Source of the DNA: an uncultured delta proteobacterium
GTDB taxonomy: Bacteria > Desulfobacterota > RBG-13-43-22
Reading direction: 5' to 3'
NCBI GenBank assembly: GCA_963743305.1
Contig: CAVUPH010000007.1
Location: 237,552 to 301,551, forward strand
DNA: 64,000 nucleotides
Shown here: piece by piece, positions 9,504-20,496 of the stretch
Position numbering within the stretch: the first letter of the stretch is position 1
Layout: each line of letters opens with the position of its first letter
Translations under genes and position numbers: made by a program
The notes under the pieces: generated by a model
The model's database searches: none
Told to the model about the DNA's origin: nothing
Seen by the model: only the letters and a program-made list of their open reading frames with translations

Positions 9504-10556
9504 ATGAGCCATTCCCCGTCAATTGAAGATTCCGGTGAAGTGCTGGCCCTTGATATCGGGGGCGGGACCCAGGACCTTTTGATTTGGTCCCCGGACCGGT
9601 CTATGGAAAATTCGATCCAGTGTGTTTTGCCGTCGCCCACCGTGATGGTGGCCCGGGAAATCGATCGGATTACCGAACAGCAGCTACCCCTGTTTATCGA
9701 TGGGCACCTGATGGGAGGCGGCGCTTCTTCCAGGGCGGTCCGGAGGCACCTGAAAGCCGGACTCACCGTAGCGGCTCAAGCCAGAGCGGCCCGGACCTTG
9801 CACGACAACCTGGAGTACGTCAAAGCCCTGGGTGTGGTCATCACGGAAGATCCTCCCCCGGGATCGGCCGTGGTGACCTTCTCCGACATTCGGGAAAAGA
9901 CTTGGCGGGATTTTTTTGAGGCCTTCGGTCTGAATCGGCCCCGTCATTTACTGGTGGCGGTGCAGGACCATGGGTATTCCCCGGTGGAGAGCAACCGCAA
10001 GTTCCGCTTCGACCACTGGCGGGAGTTCCTGGAGAGGGAACAACCTTTGGAGTCCCTTTTACTCCAGGAAATTCCCCCTTATTTAACCCGAATGCAGGCC
10101 ATCCGGGAGACCTGGCCCCAAGCCCTGGTTATGGACACCGGCGCGGCCGCCATCTTGGGGGCGCTGGAGCACGAAGAACTGAACGGCCGGACGCCGGAGC
10201 AGACGCTGGTGGTGAACCTCGGTAATGAGCACACCCTGGCCGCCTGGCTGGTGGGAGGGGCCCTGAAGGGGATTTATGAGCATCATACCTTTTTTCTGGA
10301 CCGGGAAAAGCTGTTGACCCACCTGGAGGCCTTTGTCCTCGGCCGGCTCAGCAACCAGCAGATCTTTGAAGACCAGGGCCATGGCTGCCTGAACCTGTCT
10401 CCCGCCCCGACCTTCTCTTCCACCTTGCTGGCCACCGGTCCCCGCCGGGCGTTGCTGGCCGGCACCCGGGCCGTCCTGGCCGCTCCTCATGGGAATATGA
10501 TGCTCAGCGGCTGCTTCGGTCTGCTGCGGGCCTTCCGAGGCAGAACAGGGGCTTAG
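9504..10556 (+). CDS. DUF1786-family protein (ASKHA-like fold)
   Basis: LALDIGGGTQD, VAVQDHG, VMDTG.AA, VNLGNEHT, YEHHT, GHG, PHGNMMLSGCFGL motifs. Confidence 0.75.
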   Translation: MSHSPSIEDSGEVLALDIGGGTQDLLIWSPDRSMENSIQCVLPSPTVMVAREIDRITEQQLPLFIDGHLMGGGASSRAVRRHLKAGLTVAAQARAARTLHDNLEYVKALGVVITEDPPPGSAVVTFSDIREKTWRDFFEAFGLNRPRHLLVAVQDHGYSPVESNRKFRFDHWREFLEREQPLESLLLQEIPPYLTRMQAIRETWPQALVMDTGAAAILGALEHEELNGRTPEQTLVVNLGNEHTLAAWLVGGALKGIYEHHTFFLDREKLLTHLEAFVLGRLSNQQIFEDQGHGCLNLSPAPTFSSTLLATGPRRALLAGTRAVLAAPHGNMMLSGCFGLLRAFRGRTGA

Positions 10557-10970
10557 GTCAAAGGGCGAGACTCGATAAAACGAAGACCAAGAGCCTTGCC
10601 ACGCTGATTATCCGTTGGTTGTCTCCAAATATTCTGTTCCTCTCCTGCGTCTGGGAAAAACGCCTAGCTGTAAGTTTTTACCTCCTGCCATCCGGATAGG
10701 GTAACGAAATAAATCCCTCCGCGGACTTCCCAAAAAAAGCAGTGAATTTCTCTTTCGCTCGGTTTCAGGAATCTTCCCTGTCTGAAAAATTCATTGACAA
10801 AAGAGGACCAAACTCCTCAAGATAGCTTATAAAAAAGGTTTGGCCCCACCTGGGCCTGGGAATAGATCGCCCGGAGAAGGGCTTTTGGTGTTTTGGGCAA
10901 GAGAAGAAGGTTCTGGATTCAGGGGGGAAGGAAGGTGTGAGTTTTTTGACGTGCGTGCTTGTGAGAATAA

Positions 10971-11075
10971 CTACGGGTTTTGATCGCGGAAGATGATCCG
11001 GCCCAGGCTGTGGCCATCAGGCGAGGATTAAACCAAGGCGATGGCGCCTTAGAAATTCAGATCACGAACCTGCAG
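10971..11075 (+). pseudogene. Remnant receiver-domain N-terminus paralogous to the 13187 kinase
   Basis: LRVLIAEDDPAQAVAIRRGLNQGDGALEIQ versus [32 protein letters not shown] at 13187. Confidence 0.7.
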
Positions 11076-11119
11076 AGACAGGAGGTGCGACACCATGGCG
11101 GAGCCGGCTGATTGAAACC

Positions 11120-11722
11120 GTGGCCGCTGCCGGAACCGGCGGGGCGCTACGGGATTTTGATATTCAGTTCCAAGCCTTGATAAAAAAGCTTAAATTGAAT
11201 CCCTCCCGAATCAAGCTGGTAACCTATGACCCGGACTATGCCGACTTCTATGAGCGGAAGACGGACGTAACGGCTTCTTATTTAACCGCCGGGATCATCA
11301 AGATGCGTCAAAAGGGTTATAAGCTCAACATCATTTGGCCCGGGGACTATGGGGTGGGGTTCTATTCCGACACCCTGGTGACCAATGAACACTTGATAGC
11401 CCGGAAGCCGGGACTGGTTATCCGGTTTCTGCGGGCGACCCTGAAAGGCTGGCGAGAGGCCGTGGTGAACCCGGAAGCGGCAGCGGCCATTAGCCTGAAG
11501 TATAGCCTCAACCAGGACCTTGATTTTCAACTGGCCATGATGAAAGCGCTCCTTCCCTTGGTTCATACCGGTGAAGATCGAATTGGCTGGATGAAACCGG
11601 AGATATGGCAGGAGATGTCCCAGATGATGTTTGAGAATGGGATATTGGCCCGGAATGTGGATGTGGCCCAGGCGTACACCCTGCGGTTTCTAAAAGAAAT
11701 CTACGGAGGCAGATCCGAATGA
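11120..11722 (+). pseudogene. NMT1/THI5-like substrate-binding protein, N-terminally truncated
   Basis: DYGVGFYSDTLVT..FLRATLKGW..NPEAA..IGWMKPEIW; no signal peptide or N-lobe. Confidence 0.65.
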
Positions 11723-12937
11723 GGCTGTTCCCCAAGGTTTCGATTTTAATCCTGGTGTCTGCTCTCCTGCCCGCGATCATTGTCGGTTATTTGGCCTATG
11801 GCGACAGTCGGCGCTCGATCATCAAGGAAACCATAAAACACCTTACCTCGATAAATATCTATAAGAGCAACGATCTCAGGCGCTGGGTTGAAGACAGCCG
11901 GCAAAGTCTTGAGGAACTGGCCCAGCGGCCCTTGATCAGACTCTATGCTGAATCCTTGAAGAACCATGAAACCCGGGGCGGCCTTTATCAAAAGGCCAGA
12001 GACCGCCTCCTCGATGACCATCTCAAACCAAGACTAAAGTACGGCAACTTCCTTGAGCTGTTCCTGATCAGTCCCAACCAGGGCGTAACCCTGGTTTCGA
12101 CCGATGAAAGGCAAGAAGGGAAGTAATTACCTGGGGCAAAAGCCGAACCACTGCAATGTCTACTATTCGCCCGGGCTGGAACGAACAGCATGCCATAGGA
12201 GCCTATAAAGGACAAATGGGGACCGGGGAGTTTGCCGGCCGTCTCGATCTGGGGGAGCTTTCGAAAATCATTAGGCAACAACCCGGGCGGGTCTGTTGGC
12301 TCTCTTTTTCGCCCGGACGTTAACCCGGCCGATAAGGAGGCTGGCGGCCGGAGCCGAGGAGATCGGTAAAGGCAACCTGGAATATCGGGTAGGCACGGAT
12401 GCCCGGGACGAAATCGGGCAGCTTTCCAGGGTATTTGACGGGATGATCGAGAGTCTGAAAAGAACCACCGTCTCACGCGATGAACTCCTTGAAGAGATGA
12501 AAAAACGGAAGCTGGCTGAAGAATCGTTGCGAGTCAGCGCCACCCGCCAGGAGGCCCTGCTCACCGCCATTCCCGATATCATCATGGAAGTGGATGAAAA
12601 TAAAGTTTACACTTGGGCGAATCAACCCGGCTTCGATTTTTTTGGAGACGAAGTGATCGGCAAACCGGTCGACTTTTATTTCGAAGGAGAACAGGCCACC
12701 TATAGAATAGTCCAGTCCCTCTTTGAAGGCGAGGAGAATGTCATTTATGTCGAAAGCCGGCAGCGTCGTCAGGATGGACAGATGCGGCTTGGTGAAGAAG
12801 TCGTGGTGACGATAAGACCGTCCTGGCTGGGAGACGTGGTGAGTCAGGAAGAGATGTCGAGGACAGTATGGTCAGCAGCCAAGCTTTCTGGTCAAGTTGT
12901 TCAAACTGCCGAGGTATTGGAGGATCATCCCTTCTGA
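11719..12937 (+). pseudogene. Fragmented membrane sensor (TM-Cache ... HAMP-PAS)
   Basis: ORF 11719-12126 has TM plus Cache start. ORF 12296-12937 has HAMP (TRPIRRLAAGAEEIGKGNL..DEIGQL) plus PAS, then an unrelated tail. No kinase core. Confidence 0.7.
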
Positions 12938-12939
12938 GA

Positions 12940-13165
12940 AGTGCGTGGGGGTGTGGGGAATGGAAGGATAGTGTGTGAGTGTGTGGGGATGTGAGTCTGG
13001 GGGAAGGATCGTGGGATGGCAAGCTCTGACTACTTACATGCTCACGCACTCACATCCCCACATACTTCTTTTCCCACTTACTCACTCACCCACATACCGA
13101 CCCTATTGCCCACATACCCGCATACTTTTGTTCACACATACATACTCACCCAGGCACTCCCATAC
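12940..13165. repeat. Inverted octamer-array element (GTGTGTGA/GTGTGTGG versus CCCACATA/CTCACACA)
   Basis: GT-rich arm 12940-13000, CA-rich arm 13040-13165. Confidence 0.7.
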
Positions 13166-13186
13166 TGTTCTTAAGAAGGAGTCCAA

Positions 13187-16100
13187 GTGAAGCTGAAAGT
13201 ATTGATCGCAGAAGATGAACCGGCCCATGAGGAGGCCATCAGAAGGGCATTAAGCAAAGCCGATGGCGCCTTTGAAATTCAAGTAGCTGGAACCCTGCAA
13301 GAATTCCGGGGGCTGGCCGCCGTCGATCCGCCGGATATCGCCCTGCTGGATTTGAACCTGCCGGATGGCCGCGCCGTGGAAGTCCTGACCTTCCCTCCGG
13401 AAGCCGGACCCTTTCCGGTCCTGATCATGACCAGTTTCGGCAGCGAACAGGCAGCGGAGGAGGCCATGAAATGTGGGGCGCTGGATTACCTGGTCAAGTC
13501 CCCGGAGACCTTTTCCCAACTTCAACGGATCATCAAAAGGACGTTGCGGGAATGGCGGTTGCTTCAAGAGAAGAAGGAGGCGGAGGAACTCCTGCGCCAA
13601 AGCCGGCACTTGTATCAAACGTTCCTGGACAGCTTTTCCGATACGACCTTCCTTAAGGATGAACAGTTCCGCCACTTGATTCTCAACGAGCGATTGCTGG
13701 AATATTTTGGCAAACCACGCGAAGAAGTCATCGGGAAAACCGATTTTGATTTGATGCCCGCCGCCTTGGCTGAAAAATGTCGTCGTTCCGATAAGGCCGT
13801 CCTGGCAGGTGAAGCCGTGGTGGTTTCTGAAGAGCTGGTCGGGGACCGTATTTATGAAACTACCAAGTTTCCGGTCCAAGTTGCTTCCAACCGGCGAGGT
13901 ATTGGAGGTTACATTCGCGATATCACCGCGCGACGGCAGGCCGAGGAGGCTCTCCGGGAAAGCACGGAGATGTTACAGGCGCATCAGGTCGAACTGGAGA
14001 TGCAGAATGAGGAATTGCGACGGATCCAGGGGCAACTGGAAGTCTCGCAGGGCAGGTATTTCGATCTGTACAATCTGGCTCCGGTGGGTTACCTCACCCT
14101 CAACGAAAAAGGCCTGATCCTGGAGGCCAATCTCACCGGCGCCGAGCTCCTGGGCCAATCCGGAGGTGCCTTGATCAATCAGCCGTTGACCCGCTTCATC
14201 CTGCCGGAAGATCAGGACATCTATTACCGGCACCGAAAACTCCTTCTTGAAACGGGTGCGCCGCAGGTGTGCGAGATGAGAATGCTGGGGCGCGCAGACA
14301 GCATATTCTGGGTTCGTCTGGATGCGGCTATCACCCAGAACGCCGACGGATCTTGGGTTTGCCGCGCCGTATTGATCGACATTACTGCCCGAAAACAGTC
14401 GGAAGAGAGCCTACGGGAGAGCGAGGCGCGGTACCGCGACCTGGTGGAAAACAGCCAGGATTTGATCTGTACCCACGATTTGGAGGGGAAGCTGGTATCC
14501 GTAAATGAGGCCGCGGCCAGAAATATGGGCTATGACCGGGGTTCCCTTCTGAACCGCAACCTGCGGGATTTTCTCGATCCCGCGGTTCGAGACTTGTTCG
14601 CAGTCTATTTGTCGGAAATCAAGGAGACCGGAAGGTCCCAGGGGGTACTGCGGGTATTGAACGCCTCCGGGGATGTCCGACTTTGGGAATACAGCAATTC
14701 CTTGCGGACCGAGGGATTGGCCGTTCCCCTGGTCCGCGGCCTGGCCCACGACATTACCGAACGGCACCGGATCGAGCGGGCCCTTCTGAAAAGCGAGGCC
14801 AAGTACCGGCGGCTCCATGAATCGATGATGGATGCCTTTGTCAGCGTCGAGATGACCGGCCGGATAACGGAATTCAACCAGGCCTATGAAGCTTTATTGG
14901 GCTATTCAAAAGAGGAACTTCGTCGGCTGACCTATATGGATCTGACTCCGGAACGCTGGCATTCCCTGGAGAGGGATCTGGTGAATGAGCAAGTCTTGGT
15001 GCGGGGATACTCGGACATCTATGAAAAGGAATATCGAAGGAAGGACGGGACCGAGTTCCCCGTGGAAATGCGGACCTTTTTGATCCGGGACTCCCATGGC
15101 CGGCCGGAAGGGATGTGGGCCATTGTGCGGGACATCAGCGAGAGGAAAAGGGGGGAAGAAGCCTTGCGCAAGGCCGAGGAAAAGTACTCCAAGGCCTTTC
15201 AGGCGAGTCCGGACTGGGGCGCAATCACCACCTTGGACGAGGGGGTTTTGATTGAGGTGAATAAGGCCTTTGAACGCTTGAGCGGGTTTGAGCGAAAAGA
15301 GGTCCTGGGAAGGACCACCGCGGATATAGGGATCTGGGACCAACCCGAGGAACGTCGTCTCCTGATAGACTTGATGCGGGATCAGGGGGCGGTTCACAAT
15401 AAGGAGGTCCATTTTCGGCTGAAGAATGGTGCGGTCCAAACCTTCATGCTCTCCGCGGAAACGATCGAACTGGAGGGCCAGGCCTTGATGCTGACGGTGG
15501 CCCGGGATATGACGGAACTTCGGAGTCTGGAGGCCCAGTTTCGCCAGGCCCAGAAGATGGAGGCGGTGGGCCGTTTGGCCGGCGGGGTGGCCCACGACTT
15601 CAACAACATGCTGGGGGTAATCCTGGGCTATACCGACCTGGCCCTGAAGCGGGTGAATGCCCAGGAACCCCTCTATCAGGACCTTCAGGAAGTAAATAAT
15701 GCGGCCCGGCGTTCAGCCGATCTGACCCGGCAGCTTCTGGCCTTTTCCCGAAAACAAATGGTAACGCCCAGGGTCCTCAATTTGAATGAGGCCATAACCC
15801 ACCAGCACAAGATGTTGAGACGGCTGATCGGCGAGGATATCTACCTGCAGTTTATCCCGGGCCAAGACCTCTGGAATATTCGTCTGGACCCTTCCCAAGT
15901 CGACCAGGTGCTGGCCAATCTGGCGGTCAATGCCCGAGATGCCATCGCCGGAGTGGGGACCGTCACCATCGAGACGGCGAACGTCACCCTGGATGAGGGC
16001 TATACCCGGCGCTACCGCTATGTCACTCCCGGGGATTACGTGCTCCTGACCATGAGCGATTCGGGCTGCGGCATGGACGGGGAGACGCTGGAGACTATCT

Positions 16101-16669
16101 TCGAACCATTTTTCACCACCAAAGCCGAAGGGCAGGGGACCGGGCTGGGACTGTCCACGGTTTACGGGATCGTCAAGCAAAACAAGGGATCGATTCAGGT
16201 CTCTAGCGAACCGGGCCGGGGGACGACCTTCAAAATCTATTTTCCCCGCTTCCCGGGGGAGGCGGTCCCGGAGGAGCAGGAGAGGGAGCGGCCTTTAGGG
16301 GGGAGCGAAACCGTGCTGATCGTCGAGGACGAACCCCAGATTCTCCTGCTGGCCAAAAGGATCTTGGAGCATTACGGCTATGAAACCGTGGGCGCCGGTT
16401 CTCCGGGAGAGGCACTGCTGCTCCTGGAAAAGTATCGGGGCCCCCTAGACCTTCTGCTGACCGATGTGATCATGCCCCACATGACCGGCCCGGAACTGAA
16501 AGCGCGGGTGGAGTCGCTTCATCCGGGGATCAAGACGGTGTTTATGTCCGGCTACACGGCCGACGTGATCGCCCAGCGGGGACTTCTGGATAAGGGGTTG
16601 GCCTTTATTCAAAAGCCTTTCACCGTGCAGGATTTAGCCGGGATGGTGCGGAAAGCGTTGGATGGATAG
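13187..16669 (+). CDS. Hybrid sensor histidine kinase REC-(PAS)x5-HisKA-HATPase-REC
   Basis: LLDLNLPDG receiver, repeated PAS/PAC with DIT motifs, GVAHDFNN H-box, [30 protein letters not shown]. Confidence 0.93.
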   Translation: MKLKVLIAEDEPAHEEAIRRALSKADGAFEIQVAGTLQEFRGLAAVDPPDIALLDLNLPDGRAVEVLTFPPEAGPFPVLIMTSFGSEQAAEEAMKCGALDYLVKSPETFSQLQRIIKRTLREWRLLQEKKEAEELLRQSRHLYQTFLDSFSDTTFLKDEQFRHLILNERLLEYFGKPREEVIGKTDFDLMPAALAEKCRRSDKAVLAGEAVVVSEELVGDRIYETTKFPVQVASNRRGIGGYIRDITARRQAEEALRESTEMLQAHQVELEMQNEELRRIQGQLEVSQGRYFDLYNLAPVGYLTLNEKGLILEANLTGAELLGQSGGALINQPLTRFILPEDQDIYYRHRKLLLETGAPQVCEMRMLGRADSIFWVRLDAAITQNADGSWVCRAVLIDITARKQSEESLRESEARYRDLVENSQDLICTHDLEGKLVSVNEAAARNMGYDRGSLLNRNLRDFLDPAVRDLFAVYLSEIKETGRSQGVLRVLNASGDVRLWEYSNSLRTEGLAVPLVRGLAHDITERHRIERALLKSEAKYRRLHESMMDAFVSVEMTGRITEFNQAYEALLGYSKEELRRLTYMDLTPERWHSLERDLVNEQVLVRGYSDIYEKEYRRKDGTEFPVEMRTFLIRDSHGRPEGMWAIVRDISERKRGEEALRKAEEKYSKAFQASPDWGAITTLDEGVLIEVNKAFERLSGFERKEVLGRTTADIGIWDQPEERRLLIDLMRDQGAVHNKEVHFRLKNGAVQTFMLSAETIELEGQALMLTVARDMTELRSLEAQFRQAQKMEAVGRLAGGVAHDFNNMLGVILGYTDLALKRVNAQEPLYQDLQEVNNAARRSADLTRQLLAFSRKQMVTPRVLNLNEAITHQHKMLRRLIGEDIYLQFIPGQDLWNIRLDPSQVDQVLANLAVNARDAIAGVGTVTIETANVTLDEGYTRRYRYVTPGDYVLLTMSDSGCGMDGETLETIFEPFFTTKAEGQGTGLGLSTVYGIVKQNKGSIQVSSEPGRGTTFKIYFPRFPGEAVPEEQERERPLGGSETVLIVEDEPQILLLAKRILEHYGYETVGAGSPGEALLLLEKYRGPLDLLLTDVIMPHMTGPELKARVESLHPGIKTVFMSGYTADVIAQRGLLDKGLAFIQKPFTVQDLAGMVRKALDG

Positions 16670-16740
16670 GCAAAAAGCCTTCGGCGTTGGGCGTTCGGCG
16701 ATCGGCGTGGGAAGGAAGAGAAAAAGGGGGAAAGGGAGTC

Positions 16741-16900
16741 GAATATCCAATATCCAACAAGGAATTGCCAATGATGAAGGAAAGAATTGTTGATCTACAG
16801 GTCCGGAGCGATGATTTCATCGAGGATGCCAGGAAAAACAAAGCCCGAGGGTGAACCACTATTTGGGTCTTGGATATTCCTTGTTGGATATTGGATATTC
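16741..16900 (+). mobile_element. Internally deleted mini-copy of the four-helix-bundle/heptamer-IR cassette
   Basis: 31-bp arms at 16741-16771 and 16870-16900 match those at 20495/20917; 27-aa mini-ORF 16771-16854 fuses the N- and C-termini of the four-helix protein. Confidence 0.8.
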
Positions 16901-16925
16901 AAAGGATCATAGTGCCGGGAGAAGA

Positions 16926-17054
16926 AGTGTGTGAGTGTGTGGGTAAGTGAGGATGTGGGGGAAATCAGAGCCAAGGGGGAAAGAGCACAGTGTTCAGGGT
17001 GGAGTTCAGGGGGGAGACGTGTGTGAGTGTCTGGGTAGGTGGGTTGTGAGTAAG
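16926..17054. repeat. Octamer (GTGTGTGA) arms interleaved with GTTCAGG-type heptamers
   Basis: GTGTGTGAGTGTGTGGGTAAGTGA ... GTGTTCAGGGTGGAGTTCAGG ... GTGTGTGAGTGTCTGGGTAGGTGGG. Confidence 0.6.
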
Positions 17055-17367
17055 AAAATGGTGTAATAGTTTATGAGAATTTGGTGAGGTACTTGAAAGA
17101 AGAAGACCCTTAATCACCTACTTTCTTTCAATGGTGAGCTACTCGCGCCGTTGGATACTATTACCACTTCCGCTATCGCGGCTACTACATAATTTTATTG
17201 ACAAAATAGATATAGCATCTTCAAAATAATGAGATAGTAGTCTATTTGGAGTTTTTTTCAGAAAAATCCTCTAGGGAGTTAGAAGGATAGGGGCTCACCG
17301 ATTCGTACCTTTTTGAATAGCCCATCGGATTTTGCTATTCATTTTTCCGGCAGATTGGAGGATAAAC

Positions 17368-19125
17368 ATGGACGGAAAAGAGACTCCTTCCGGGGTGACG
17401 GACGATTTGCGACGGCGGGCGGAGGAGGTTGCCCGGGGCGGAGGATCACGGACGCCGGATAACCTGGAGTCCCTGTCACCCGAGGCGACGCAGCGGCTGG
17501 TCCACGAACTGCGGGTGCATCAGGTCGAACTGGAGATCCAGAACGAGGAATTGCGCCGGACCCAGGAGCAACTGGAAGGCTCTCGGGCGAGATATTTCGA
17601 CCTGTACGATCTGGCTCCGGTGGGGTATGTCACCCTCAGCCAAGAGGGGATGATCCTGGAGGCCAATCTTACGTTTGCCGCTCTGCTGGGGGTGATCCGA
17701 GGCGTTTTGGTCAAACAGCCGTTGACCCGCTTCATCGTTCGCGAGGACCAGGATATCCACTATCTGCACCGCAAGCAACTTCTGGAGACGGGTGCCTCCC
17801 AGCCTTACGAGCTGCGGATGCTCCGCCAGGGGCGCCCCCCCTTCTGGGCGCGGGCGGAGGCGACCACCGCTCTCGACGATGAGGGGACGACGATCTGTCG
17901 GGTCGTGGTGAGCGACATTACCGAGCACAAACGCACGGATGCCAGGAAGAGCGAAATCGAGGACCAGTCCCGGCAAACCCAGAAAGCCCAAAGTCTAGGC
18001 CGTATGGCCGGGGCCATCGCCCATCATTTCAATAACCAGCTCCAGGCCGTGATGGGAAACCTGGAGTTGGCCCTTTGGGATTTACCGCCGGATAAAGGAC
18101 CGGTTAAAAACCTGCAGGCCGCCATGGAAGCGGCCAACCACGCGACGGAAGTCACCAAAGTGCTGCTGACCTACCTGGGGCAAACACCCGGTGAACGTGA
18201 GCCGCTGGATATTTCCGAGATCTGCCGTCGGAGCCTGATCATGCTCCGGGCGGCCATGCCGAAAGACATGCTTCTGACGATCGATTTTCCCTTCCCCGGT
18301 CCGGTCATCCGCGCGAACGCCAACCAAGTGCAGCAGGTCCTGACCAACCTGGTCACCAATGCCTGGGAAGCCGCCCAAGGCGGCCGGGCCGCCATTCGCC
18401 TTGCCATCAAAACGGTTTCCCCGGCGGCTATCCCCGAAGCAAACCGTTTTCCCATCGGTTGGCAGCCGGAGGATCGGTCCTATGCCTGCCTGGAAGTGGC
18501 GGACACCTGCTGCGGAATCGCGGAACAGGAAATCGAGAATATTTTCGATCCTTTTTTCTCCACCAAATTCACCGGCCGGGGTCTGGGCCTGCCCGTGGTC
18601 CTGGGGATTGTCCGGGCGCACCGGGGGGCCGTGGTGGTGGAGAGCGAACCGGGTCGGAGGAGCACTTTCCAGGTCTTTTTACCGTTGTCCGTCCAAAAGG
18701 CTCCCCGCCTGCCGGAGCAGGCGGGTCAGGCCTTCGAGATGGTTAGGGGCGGTACCATGTTGCTGGTTGAAGACGAGGAAATGGTGCGTGAATTGACGGC
18801 CGATATGCTCACCCGCCTCGGTTTTACGGTGCTCGAAGCGAAAGACGGCGTCGAGGCGGTGGAGATTTTTCGAGGGCACCAGGATGAAATCCGTTGCGTC
18901 TTGTGCAACCTGACCATCCCCCGCCTGGACGGTTGGGCGACCATGGCGGCCTTGCGTGAACTCAAGCCAGACCTTCCGATAATTCTGGCCAGCGGATACG
19001 ATGAGTCCGAGGTGATGACCGGGGACCATTCCGAATGGCCCCAGGTGTACCTGAGCAAACCCTTCGAATTTAAGGGGCTTCGCACTGCGGTCTCCCAAGC
19101 GCTGAAAACCAAGGGGGGAAGCTGA
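17368..19125 (+). CDS. Hybrid sensor kinase (coiled coil-PAS-HisKA-HATPase-REC) with degenerate motifs
   Basis: GGAGG SD before ATG 17368; AIAHHFNN, NAWEA, PFFSTKFTGRGLGL; receiver reads LCNLTIP. Confidence 0.88.
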   Translation: MDGKETPSGVTDDLRRRAEEVARGGGSRTPDNLESLSPEATQRLVHELRVHQVELEIQNEELRRTQEQLEGSRARYFDLYDLAPVGYVTLSQEGMILEANLTFAALLGVIRGVLVKQPLTRFIVREDQDIHYLHRKQLLETGASQPYELRMLRQGRPPFWARAEATTALDDEGTTICRVVVSDITEHKRTDARKSEIEDQSRQTQKAQSLGRMAGAIAHHFNNQLQAVMGNLELALWDLPPDKGPVKNLQAAMEAANHATEVTKVLLTYLGQTPGEREPLDISEICRRSLIMLRAAMPKDMLLTIDFPFPGPVIRANANQVQQVLTNLVTNAWEAAQGGRAAIRLAIKTVSPAAIPEANRFPIGWQPEDRSYACLEVADTCCGIAEQEIENIFDPFFSTKFTGRGLGLPVVLGIVRAHRGAVVVESEPGRRSTFQVFLPLSVQKAPRLPEQAGQAFEMVRGGTMLLVEDEEMVRELTADMLTRLGFTVLEAKDGVEAVEIFRGHQDEIRCVLCNLTIPRLDGWATMAALRELKPDLPIILASGYDESEVMTGDHSEWPQVYLSKPFEFKGLRTAVSQALKTKGGS

Positions 19126-19155
19126 ATATCCAATAGCCAACAAGGAATTTTCCAA
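19124..19155 (+). repeat. Solo left arm of the four-helix cassette
   Basis: GAATATCCAATAGCCAACAAGGAATTTTCCAATG fills the spacer between TGA 19125 and ATG 19155. Confidence 0.8.
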
Positions 19156-20496
19156 TGAACAAGCCACGCCAGGACAGCGAATCCCCGATTCCGCGGACTA
19201 CGGATCTTCGCCGGCAAGCCGAGGAGATCGTCCGCGGAAATCAATCCCGATCACCCGAGAACCTTGACGGCCTGTTGTCTGAGGAATTGCGGCAGACGCT
19301 CCATGAACTGCGGGTGCATCAGATTGAGCTGGAGATGCAGAACGAGGAGTTGCGCCGGACCCAAGAGGAACTGGAGGCTTCGCGGGCGTGCTATTTCGAG
19401 CTGTACGAACTGGCCCCGGTGGGGTATGTCACCCTCAGCGAACAGGGGCTGATCCTGGAGGCCAATCTTACGATCGTTGGTCTGTTGGGAGTGCACCAGG
19501 GACGGTCTGGTCAAACAACCCTTGACCCGCTTCATCGTTCGCCAGGACCAGGATATTCACTACCGGCACCGGAAGCAGCTTTTGGAAACGGGTGCGCCCC
19601 AGGTCTACGAGGTCAGGATGTCGCGAAAGGGAACCGCCCCCTTTTGGGCGCGCTTGCAGGCCGTTGCCGCCCAAGACGCTGAAGGGGTTCCCCTCTGCCG
19701 CGTCGCGGTAAGCGACATTACCCGACGCATCCGTGCCGAGGAGGCGGAAAGGCGCGCTGCGGAGGAACTGCAAAAATCTCATCAGATACTGGAAAAGAGG
19801 GTCGAGGATCGAACGGTCGAAGTCAGGTCCCTGGCCTCGCGCTTCCTGGCAGCCCAGGAGGAAGAAAGAAAAAGGATAGCCGGAGACCTTCATGACGGCC
19901 TCGGGGGATTGCTGAGCGCCATCAAGTATAAATTTGAGGCGGCCCAAGGGCCCCAAGAAGTAAAAGAAGTGATCCCCCTGCTGCAGCAGGCCATTGACGA
20001 CTGCCGGCGAATCCAAAAGAATTTGAGGCCGTTTATGCTGGATGACCTCGGCCTGTTGGCTACCCTGAGCTGGCTGACCCGCGAGTTCCAAAAAAGGAGT
20101 CCCGGCCTAAAGGTCGGGAAGAAATTTGACGTCGAAGAGGGCGCGATTCCTCAATCCTTGAAAACGGTGATTTTTCGGACTACCCAGGAGGCCTTGAATA
20201 ATATCTCCAAGCACAGCCGGACCGATCGGGTGCAGCTCGCCCTGCGGCTTGCCAAGGGGACTTTGCAGTTGGTTGTTCGCGATTACGGTCAGGGGTTCGA
20301 GGTCAGAGAGGCATTGGCTAAAAGGGGGGTCGATCGGGGACTCGGCCTGGCCAGTATGCGGGAACGGGTTGAATGGTCCGGGGGCAGCTTCTCGATCCAA
20401 TCCGTGCTCGGAAAGGGGACGATGGTGCAGGCCTCCTGGCCGGTAGGTGTGGCCGAGCCCGGACTCGTGTCCGGCAAAAAGGTTAAGGTAAGGTGA
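19155..20496 (+). CDS. PAS plus HisKA_3 (NarX/UhpB-type) sensor kinase; +1 indel near 19493
   Basis: [12 protein letters not shown] coiled coil and PAS in the first ORF; EEERKRIAGDLHDGLG, QEALNNISKHS, DYGQGF, GLGLASMRER in the second. Confidence 0.85.

Noticed and set aside
12975-13190. His/Thr-rich small ORFs (also 12741-13049 and 25044-25304)
   Set aside because: They are translations of the octamer arrays, not credible proteins.
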